A program made the position numbers and the translations under genes. Positions 56,049-64,000 of a DNA stretch of 64,000 nt are shown here, piece by piece. Within the stretch, counting starts at the first letter, position 1. Each line of letters starts with the position of its first letter. The notes under the pieces were generated by a model. It was not told the DNA's origin and searched no databases. It saw only the letters and a program-made list of their open reading frames with translations. The stretch is from a virus: IMG/VR virus record IMGVR_UViG_3300028812_000003, positions 1-64,000 of that record; one strand, given 5' to 3'.

Positions 56049-56089
56049 TTGGTTTGATTAAATCATCCCGAGGTCGTTGTCACAACCCC
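56049..56089 (-). promoter_or_regulatory. Promoter/operator module, copy 15
   Basis: Reverse complement GGGGTTGTGA...ATGATTTAATCAAACCAA (56049-56066). Confidence 0.75.
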
Positions 56090-56628
56090 TCGGCCCGCTT
56101 CTTCGCCACGTAGTCGGTGAGCATGTCGGCGGCCCCGTACATCTCCTCCGAGTGCCGGGCCACCTCGTCGGCGTGGAAGTCCTCCGAGCCGGTGCCCACG
56201 GCGATCTCCGACGCGGCGCCGAACGCGTGGTACGCCGCGAGCAGCGCGACGGCGGCCACGGACATTTGCTGACTCGCCTGCGGCACCTGCACGATGCCCT
56301 GCCGGGCGAACTCCGACAGGGCCCGGAACTGTCCGGCGAGGCCCGACAGCATCGCGGGCAGGTCCCGCTCGTACGCGGTGAACCACCCCTTCTGCACGTC
56401 GGCCTCCAGCGGCCCGCCGCGCAGCCCTTCCTCCATCTGCGCCACGAGGCCCTTGAGCAGGCCGACATACTGCGCGGCGTACCCGGCGTCGCCCATCGGG
56501 TGCTGCGCACCGGCGGGCCTGCGGGCGTCCAGCCCGGTCTCCAGGCTGTCGATGGCCCGCTTGACCCGGCGGGACTCAGGCAGCGGGATGGCGTGGGTGC
56601 GGGCACCCCGGGGTTCCTCGGTCGTCAT
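56080..56628 (-). CDS. Hypothetical helical protein
   Basis: High-GC3 ORF. Confidence 0.65.
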   Translation of the reverse strand: MTTEEPRGARTHAIPLPESRRVKRAIDSLETGLDARRPAGAQHPMGDAGYAAQYVGLLKGLVAQMEEGLRGGPLEADVQKGWFTAYERDLPAMLSGLAGQFRALSEFARQGIVQVPQASQQMSVAAVALLAAYHAFGAASEIAVGTGSEDFHADEVARHSEEMYGAADMLTDYVAKKRAEGL

Positions 56629-56665
56629 GGCCCGTACGCTACCGGCACCCGCCGACAGCGTGCGG

Positions 56666-57034
56666 TCACTCCGGGGAACCGACGGAGCCGAGGGCCTGGT
56701 GCGCGCGGTCCAGGGAGGCGTACAGCGCGCGAGTCTTCTGGATGGCCTCGGCCATGGCGCTGTGAAAGGCGAGCAGCCGGACCTCCAGATCGTCCGGCCC
56801 GTGGTCGCTGCGCAGACGGCCGTCGTCCTCCATCTCACCGACGAACCCCTCCAACTGGCCAACGGCCTGCGTGAGCCGGTTCGCCAGGATCGCCAGGTTC
56901 GCCACGGTGCTGTACGCGTCGCTCGGGTACTCCCACCCGGCGGCCGGACGGGACAGGGTGGCGTGGGCCAGGGCGCGGACTGCCTCGGCGGCGTCGTCGG
57001 CGAGCTGGGCAGGGGTGCGGGGTTCCTTGGTCAA
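56666..57034 (-). CDS. Hypothetical protein
   Basis: GGAGG RBS plus TTG; AEAVRALAHAT...YPSDAY. Confidence 0.7.
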   Translation of the reverse strand: MTKEPRTPAQLADDAAEAVRALAHATLSRPAAGWEYPSDAYSTVANLAILANRLTQAVGQLEGFVGEMEDDGRLRSDHGPDDLEVRLLAFHSAMAEAIQKTRALYASLDRAHQALGSVGSPE

Positions 57035-57282
57035 CGCCGTGCCTCCCGCGCACCGGCGACGACCCCGTCCAGGTACGCGTACACGCTCGCCCGGTCCATC
57101 GGGCTCTGGCCGCTGCCGCCCACGTGCACGGCGTACTTGTCGTCGTCCAGGTCGACGACGTGGATACGCAGTCCGGTCTCACAGGCTGCGACCCCTGCGG
57201 TCCACTGGACCTCCAGGTGTGGCGGCCACTCGGGGTCGTACGACGGTGTGTGGCTCCCGTCGGGGTTTCTCGTGACGTCCAT
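57031..57282 (-). CDS. Hypothetical protein
   Basis: Coupled to downstream gene. Confidence 0.6.
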   Translation of the reverse strand: MDVTRNPDGSHTPSYDPEWPPHLEVQWTAGVAACETGLRIHVVDLDDDKYAVHVGGSGQSPMDRASVYAYLDGVVAGAREARR

Positions 57283-57313
57283 GCCCCGAAGGCTATCGGT
57301 CCGGCGAGGGCGG

Positions 57314-57748
57314 TCAGGCCCATTCCCGCGAGGCGAGCAGTGCGGCGCCGGCCCACACCGCGCCCCACACGAGGAGCGGCGCCGGGACGCCGACGGTGAA
57401 GGCGACGCCGGCTGTGATCGCGGCCGACAGCCACCCGGACACGCACCACGGACAGGTGATCAGTTCGGCGAGCCAGTGGGGCGACCATTTGGCCCGGCGG
57501 ACGTAGCGGTTCACCCGGCCGTCGAGTCGGGTCAGGGTGCCGAGGGAGGGGTGCCGCACGAACGGTTCGTCGTCCGACAGACCCGGCACCGGGCCCCACT
57601 TCTCCTCTTCCCGGTCGGTGAGCGGTCGCCACCCGCCGGCGAGGCGGTCGCGCAGCCACAACACGGGCGGGAACGTGTCCTTCGCGGCGAGGCGGGAGGC
57701 GCGGTAGCTGGCGAGGATCATGCAGGCGACGAGCAGCCAGGCGGGCAC
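57314..57748 (-). CDS. DUF1360-like membrane protein
   Basis: YRASRLAAKDTFPP, LAELITCPWCVSGW. Confidence 0.75.
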   Translation of the reverse strand: MPAWLLVACMILASYRASRLAAKDTFPPVLWLRDRLAGGWRPLTDREEEKWGPVPGLSDDEPFVRHPSLGTLTRLDGRVNRYVRRAKWSPHWLAELITCPWCVSGWLSAAITAGVAFTVGVPAPLLVWGAVWAGAALLASREWA

Positions 57749-57859
57749 GGGGCGCTCCAGGGTCGTGGACGGGACGCCCTGTCGGGCGACGATTGGAGGT
57801 GGTCACCAGGCCGAACGCCCCGCCATAGGAGAGACGTTGCGCCTGGTGACCCGGTTGCG

Positions 57860-58225
57860 TCAAGCGACGAGACGGCCGGACGGTGAGACGGCTGCGGGCT
57901 GCGGCGCGGCCACGTTCGGCCGGGTGACGAACCACGCGACGAGCAGCATGACCGCGCCCACGACCTTCGCCTGGTCCTCCGCGCTCCACTCGAACGCGAA
58001 GTAGCTCACCAGTGACACCCCTGCCACCACGAGACCGTTGACGGCGGCGATGATGCCGTCACCCACCTGCACGGCGACGATGACGCCGAGGACGGCCGCG
58101 ACGACGGCCGTGATGATGGACTGGAGCTGCGCGTCGAACCCGAAGCCGAAGGCGCTCAGGATCTGCCACACCGCGCCGACGGCCGCCAGCCATACCGCCG
58201 GCTCTCGCCCGTAGACCTTGCCCAT
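57860..58225 (-). CDS. Holin-like 4-TM membrane protein
   Basis: AGGAGG RBS; GREPAVW start; four hydrophobic segments. Confidence 0.65.
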   Translation of the reverse strand: MGKVYGREPAVWLAAVGAVWQILSAFGFGFDAQLQSIITAVVAAVLGVIVAVQVGDGIIAAVNGLVVAGVSLVSYFAFEWSAEDQAKVVGAVMLLVAWFVTRPNVAAPQPAAVSPSGRLVA

Positions 58226-58308
58226 GACTGCCTCCTTGAGGGGATCAATCCCGGGGCAGGGTAGGGCAGATCCCCCGATTCACCATCTCGGGCAACGGCG
58301 AAGCCTGG

Positions 58309-60513
58309 TCACCCGATGGAGCGTGTCGCCGAGGACAGACCGCCGGCCACGGCAATGCCGGTCATGGTCGCCTTCACGATCCGCTGGTGCCAGGCCGGCC
58401 AGACCATCGCGTCCAGACGGTCCGGACTCCAGTCCAGCTCGTCGTACCAGGTGCACATCTGGTCTTCCAGCTCCGGGTGCTCCCCCACCATGTGCCACCG
58501 GCCCTGCTCCGAAAGGGCGCTGACCGGCTCCGCGCGGACCTTCTTCCCCCTCGTCGCCCGCACGACCTTGATGGGGATGCGCACGCCCAGGGCGTCGGCC
58601 GCCGCGCGGATCGTGTTGACGGCCATGTCCCCGCCGAAGTTGACCTCCACGCAGATGTCGTCCGCCTCGTGGTCGACGGCGGCCTGCACCGCGCGGCGGC
58701 CCCAGCCGTCCGGGGAGAGGTGGCACGACCTGTCGGCGAGGACGTAGCCGTGCGCGAGCTGCGTCGGGCGGCCGTCGGCCCGCACGTGCTCCTGCACCGC
58801 CTTGCCGACGACGACGATGCCCTGTTCGCCCCGGCCGCCCGACGGGTCCACCCCGACGGAGATCCGTGCGAGGTCGGGCAGGTCGCTCGGGCGCACCCGG
58901 TGGTCGTCGATCATCGCGCGGTTCCACAGCGCGTTCTCGTCGGCGTCGATGATCTCCGCGTGGAGTTCCTGCCGACCGATCTGCGTGCCCGCATAGGCGT
59001 CCTCCAGCGCGGCCCGGATGTCTTCGGGCAGGTGGGGGTTGTCGTACATGGACGCGTGCGTGCGCACGACGTTGCCCACACCGCCGGCCGCGAGTTTCTT
59101 GATCAGGGCCCGGGGCTTGGGGGTGGTGGAGGCGATCCAGTGCGGGCGTGGGCCGACGCGTAGGCCGAACCGCATCTGGTCCCAGGTGTCGTCCAGGTAG
59201 CGCCACGCGGCCAGCTCCTCCAGCCACGCAAGGCAGTTGGAGACGAGCAGGCCGCCCGCGAAGAACTCGTGATCGTGTTCAATCGTCAGGTCGTACACGC
59301 GCACGGCGCGACTGGTACGCGAGGACCGAAGTGCACCGGCGCGAACAAGTGCGGGTCGGGTTCCGGCGCTGGCACTCGAACGCGTCGCCGCACACGCCGC
59401 ACACCCGCTGCTCCCGTGCTCGTGACGGAGCAACAGCCTCCCGGCAGGCTCCGGGGCAGTACCGCGCTCCGGTCGTCCCTCGGGAGCGGAAGACTGCGCC
59501 GCACCGCTGACAGGTGAAGTCCCGGTATTCCGCGCGGTCCCAGGTTGCCCGGCCGCCCTTACGGTGCCAGTCCTCTCCGCGCTCCTCGCCGTGCTCGTGC
59601 CAATGCTGGCCCGGCGCGAGCAGCACGAAGTTGCTGACCCGGTTGTCCCGCTTGTTGTGGTTGCGGTGGTGCACTTGCATGCCTGCGGGGATCGGACCGA
59701 CCTCCCGCGCGTACATGTACCGGTGCAGCAGTCCGTGCCGCGTGCTCCGGTAGTAGTCGTCCGGGCCTGCATGCCAGGTGACGCCGTCGTACCGTATCGA
59801 ATCCCCGTATTTCCCCATGTAAAGATTGTCTCCGTTGGCTGAACGAGCGAAACCGGCTTCCAGCCGTCGGCCGTCGCCACCTTGTGATCCGGCGTGAGCC
59901 ACGTGGACCCCGCGTCGTGGTCGTAGCGCACGACGTCCTTGATGCCGTTGTCCCAGGCCGCCAGAACCTCTCGCAGGCCGTTGCGCGTCCACACGCGGTC
60001 CCCGGGCCGGATGGTCTCGATGGGTCTCTCTCCGTACTCGGTGCGCACCAGGGTGCCCTCGGCCACGCACCGGTTACCGCCGGACCGCAGGCGCTCGATG
60101 TCCTCCGGGCTGTGCGCGCCGAACACCTTGGCCTCGCTACCGTTGGGCCACTTGATGATCGTGCCGCCCTGGCGGGTCGTCATCTTCGCCTCGGGGCTGT
60201 GCACCCGCAGGCCGGACGGGCCGGCGTAGCAGGACGTCGCCGCGTCGCCGAGGGTGGGCGCGATGATCCCGATCCAGTGCGGGATGGGACCGGGCAGGCA
60301 CGGCGGGCCCATGACGTGCTCGTGGACGTACCGCGCGCACGCGTCGGTCTTCCCGGCGCCTCGCCCGGCCAGCAGCAGCCATCCGTACCAGTCGCCGGGC
60401 GGCGGGACCTGGTGGGGCAGCGGAGTCCAGCGCGGCTCCGTCAGCGTCCGCGCGTGCATGAGCAGCTTCTCCGCCGCGCGGCTCCTCAGCCTCGTGTCCG
60501 CCATGCCCGCCAT
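58309..60513 (-). CDS. terL: Terminase large subunit, intein-containing
   Basis: AGRGAGKT, AWLEE (Walker B), STTPKP, GRQEL, VGVDPS, SPDRLDA. Confidence 0.92.
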   Translation of the reverse strand: MAGMADTRLRSRAAEKLLMHARTLTEPRWTPLPHQVPPPGDWYGWLLLAGRGAGKTDACARYVHEHVMGPPCLPGPIPHWIGIIAPTLGDAATSCYAGPSGLRVHSPEAKMTTRQGGTIIKWPNGSEAKVFGAHSPEDIERLRSGGNRCVAEGTLVRTEYGERPIETIRPGDRVWTRNGLREVLAAWDNGIKDVVRYDHDAGSTWLTPDHKVATADGWKPVSLVQPTETIFTWGNTGIRYGTTASPGMQARTTTTGARGTDCCTGTCTRGRSVRSPQACKCTTATTTSGTTGSATSCCSRRASIGTSTARSAERTGTVRAAGQPGTARNTGTSPVSGAAQSSAPEGRPERGTAPEPAGRLLLRHEHGSSGCAACAATRSSASAGTRPALVRAGALRSSRTSRAVRVYDLTIEHDHEFFAGGLLVSNCLAWLEELAAWRYLDDTWDQMRFGLRVGPRPHWIASTTPKPRALIKKLAAGGVGNVVRTHASMYDNPHLPEDIRAALEDAYAGTQIGRQELHAEIIDADENALWNRAMIDDHRVRPSDLPDLARISVGVDPSGGRGEQGIVVVGKAVQEHVRADGRPTQLAHGYVLADRSCHLSPDGWGRRAVQAAVDHEADDICVEVNFGGDMAVNTIRAAADALGVRIPIKVVRATRGKKVRAEPVSALSEQGRWHMVGEHPELEDQMCTWYDELDWSPDRLDAMVWPAWHQRIVKATMTGIAVAGGLSSATRSIG
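59236..60069 (-). mobile_element. Intein (278 aa) in terminase, just before Walker B
   Basis: R|CVAEGTLV block A, LTPDHKV block B, VYDLTI..HEFFAGGLLVSN|C blocks F/G. Confidence 0.92.
59279..59818 (-). CDS. HNH endonuclease with zinc fingers, nested out of frame inside the intein
   Basis: GGAG 11 nt before ATG; LLHRYMY..GPIPAGMQVHHRNHNKRDNRVSN; CQRC, CPGAC, CGVC, CSRRC. Confidence 0.88.
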   Translation of the reverse strand: MGKYGDSIRYDGVTWHAGPDDYYRSTRHGLLHRYMYAREVGPIPAGMQVHHRNHNKRDNRVSNFVLLAPGQHWHEHGEERGEDWHRKGGRATWDRAEYRDFTCQRCGAVFRSRGTTGARYCPGACREAVAPSRAREQRVCGVCGDAFECQRRNPTRTCSRRCTSVLAYQSRRARVRPDD

Positions 60514-60616
60514 TGTCGGCTGCCGGGCGGCGCGCGGTTTCCGGAGCACGACGAGGCCCGCACCGGACGGGGGTGTCGGTGCGGGCCTCGGTGGTGCAAT
60601 GCAGACGGCGGCGAGT

Positions 60617-61869
<1,253 letters not shown>

Positions 61870-61889
61870 TCACGAAACGGCCAAACGGC

Positions 61890-62708
61890 TCAGGTGGTGG
61901 CCGGCTCGGGCAGCAGGCCGTGCTCACGAGCCTTGCGCAGGGCGGCGGGGCGGCGGTCGGCCTTGTCCATCCACGCCACGTCCAGGCGCCGGTACGCCTC
62001 GCTCAGCCGCGTGGACAGGGTCCCCGGATGCATCTTCAGCTCACGTGCCGCCTCGGAAAGGGACGCCCCGTCCTCTAGCGCTACGAGTACTCTCACCTGC
62101 GTGTCCGTGAGGGTGACCGGGTTGGTTCGGACGACGCGGGGTTCCGGCATCCGCAGGCGGAGCAGACCCCGGGCGGCGGCCTCGCGCAGCGCGGCCTCAC
62201 GGCGCACCGTCTGAGGCAGGTGGCTCACCCCGAGGGCCGCATAGGCGGACGCGGTGAGTTCCTTGACGACCTTCTGACTGACGCCCCAACGGGTGCAGAT
62301 CTGCGCCACCGTGCGGCCGGCGTCGAACGCGCGCAACAGCCGTGTCTCGGCCTCGGACAGGGTCACCCGGCGGTTGCGCAACGCGGCCTCGGTCTCGGCC
62401 CGCTCGCGGTTGCCGCGTTTGCACGCCGCGCAGATCGCCTCGTCCCGCTTGATGTGGCGGCGGTAGGCTGCGAGCGTCCCGCAATCCTCGTACGGGCCGA
62501 TGTGCCCGGCCAGCAGACCGTTGCGTACGGCCTGTGCGGCCGTGGACGCCCCGAGCTGACGGTAAATGCGATTGCAGGAACTCTTGACCCCGACGGACGT
62601 GACGCCCGTCTCCCGTGCGATTACTTCGCGGGGGCGGCCGACGGACAGCAGCCACAGCAGCCGGCGCTGGCGCTCCGTCAGGACGATGGGCTGAAGTGCT
62701 GCATCCAC
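61890..62708 (-). CDS. Transcriptional regulator with three LuxR-type HTH repeats and a Cys/His motif
   Basis: LTERQRRLL..IARETGV; CGTLAAYRRH..CAAC; LSEAETRLL; LTDTQVRVL..AARELKM. Confidence 0.75.
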   Translation of the reverse strand: MDAALQPIVLTERQRRLLWLLSVGRPREVIARETGVTSVGVKSSCNRIYRQLGASTAAQAVRNGLLAGHIGPYEDCGTLAAYRRHIKRDEAICAACKRGNRERAETEAALRNRRVTLSEAETRLLRAFDAGRTVAQICTRWGVSQKVVKELTASAYAALGVSHLPQTVRREAALREAAARGLLRLRMPEPRVVRTNPVTLTDTQVRVLVALEDGASLSEAARELKMHPGTLSTRLSEAYRRLDVAWMDKADRRPAALRKAREHGLLPEPATT

Positions 62709-62817
62709 GGGACGCCCCTCTCGTAGATTGGGTTGGACCCCGGGCCACGTCCACTGGCCCGGGGTCCTTGTCGACCGGCGACGGCCCGGGGTCGTTCCGC
62801 CGGGTCTGGCCGGGACA

Positions 62818-62859
62818 CTCATTTAGTTAAATCCCCGTTCCATGGTTTTGCTAAACCAT
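62818..62859 (-). promoter_or_regulatory. Two operator-like palindromes upstream of the triple-HTH gene
   Basis: Reverse complement ATGGTTTAGCAAAACCAT (62842-62859) and GGGATTTAACTAAATGAG (62818-62835). Confidence 0.6.
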
Positions 62860-63938
62860 CACAGGGCCAGCCACTCGGGGTTGTCCAGCGACCAGCGCAC
62901 GGTGGTCTCCAGCGACTTCTCCAGGGACACCGGAGGCGTCCAGCCGAAGGCCGCCATCCGCGAGCCGTCCAGGGCGTACCGCAGGTCGTGCCCCGGCCGC
63001 GAGGCGTGGAAGGACACCGGCTGCACCAGGGCCCGGACGTAGTCGTCGGACAGCCCCATGACCTCCCCGACCATCCGCACCAGTTCGACGTTGTCCACCT
63101 CGCGCTCGCCGACGATGTGGAACCGCTCGGGCCGCGTGACCCCGTCGCCGTAGCGCGCCGGGCCCATGGCGATGCGGATCATGTCGCCGCCCAGCGTCCA
63201 CACCTCCGGTTCGGCCTCGGTGTACCGGCGCGTCAGGTACAGCCACGCGTCGGCGAGGTTGCGCGCGTGCAGGTAGAACCGTGAACCGGGCGTGCCGTCG
63301 AGCGCGGTGTGCACGGTGATCGGCAAGCCGTCCCGCAGGCCCCGGACGACCATCGGGAGGAACTTCTCGGGGTCCTGCGTCTCGCCGATGATGTTCATCG
63401 TGTTGGTGAGGACGAGGGGCACGTCATAGGTCCGCCAGTAGCTGACGGCGATGGACTCCTGCGCCGCCTTGCTCGCGGAATACGGGTTGGACGGCACGGC
63501 CGTCTCCCACTCGGTGTGCCGGTGGTCGCCGTACGCCGGACCGTACACCTCGTCGGTGGACATCTGGAGGAACAGGCGCGGCCGGATCTCCCGCGCGACC
63601 TCCAGCACGTGGAGCATCAGGGCGACGTTGTTCTGCACGAAGTCGACGGGGTGGGCGATGGACCGGTCCACGTGCGACTCGCTGGCGACGTTCATGATGA
63701 CGTCGCAGTCCCCGAACATGTGCAGGGTCAGCGGGTCCGCCGGGGCGCGCATGTCCCAGTGGACGATGTCCACGCGCTTGCCCCAGTCGGTGTCGCACAC
63801 GGCGGAGGCGACACGGGCGGGCAGCCCCTTGTGCCGGAAGGACACCGGGCAGACGATCTCCCAGTCCGTGCGGGCGAGCAGGTGACGCAGGACGTGCGAG
63901 CCGACGAACCCGGCCGCCCCGGTGAGCAGGACGCGCAT
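62859..63938 (-). CDS. dTDP-glucose 4,6-dehydratase-like (RmlB-like) enzyme
   Basis: LLTGAAGFVGSH, ASESHVDRSI, STDEVYG, NPYSASKA, PGHDLRYALD; SAS variant upstream. Confidence 0.9.
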   Translation of the reverse strand: MRVLLTGAAGFVGSHVLRHLLARTDWEIVCPVSFRHKGLPARVASAVCDTDWGKRVDIVHWDMRAPADPLTLHMFGDCDVIMNVASESHVDRSIAHPVDFVQNNVALMLHVLEVAREIRPRLFLQMSTDEVYGPAYGDHRHTEWETAVPSNPYSASKAAQESIAVSYWRTYDVPLVLTNTMNIIGETQDPEKFLPMVVRGLRDGLPITVHTALDGTPGSRFYLHARNLADAWLYLTRRYTEAEPEVWTLGGDMIRIAMGPARYGDGVTRPERFHIVGEREVDNVELVRMVGEVMGLSDDYVRALVQPVSFHASRPGHDLRYALDGSRMAAFGWTPPVSLEKSLETTVRWSLDNPEWLAL

Positions 63939-64000
63939 GGACACCCCTTGTTCCGTGGTCTTTGATCGTGGCGGCAGGGTAGCCACGGACCGGGGAATCG

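Noticed and set aside
56610-57034. Start-motif-like words at about 56612 and 57021
   Set aside because: They fall within the first codons (MTTEEP, MTKEP) rather than upstream of a start; not counted, though they could still be antisense targets.
62877-62886. GGGGTTGTCC as a 16th full promoter module
   Set aside because: Wrong orientation relative to the nearby palindromes and inside a coding region.

Overview
High-GC, Streptomyces-like element that looks like a conjugative phage-plasmid. It carries a TraB/FtsK translocase and a likely spread gene at the left end, a ParA pair, a DnaN-like clamp and a tyrosine recombinase. A siphovirus-type virion/lysis module lies on the minus strand (about 25-62 kb): terminase, portal, protease, capsid, tail, tape measure, endolysin and holins. 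About 2-24 kb (+) and 52-57 kb (-) hold small accessory genes built from repeated regulatory parts: a GC hairpin, a GGGGTTG promoter-like box with an 18-bp palindrome ATGRTTTAATTAATTCAT (15 copies plus two related sites), and a start-associated motif GACCAAGGAACGAGGAACCGACC-ATG in front of about 30 genes. The top finding is a 99-nt tRNA-shaped RNA gene (17246-17344). It keeps its acceptor, D and T arms and CCA end, but its anticodon loop is replaced by a 16-nt loop that is the exact reverse complement of the start-associated motif, suggesting one tRNA-scaffolded antisense RNA controls translation of the whole accessory regulon. Also notable: a second atypical tRNA, a terminase intein whose HNH endonuclease is a nested ORF in another reading frame, a graspetide RiPP cassette with a two-core precursor, a 2H-phosphoesterase domain fused to the head-maturation protein, and four sugar-modifying enzymes. 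All calls come from reading the sequence by eye; no database searches were run.
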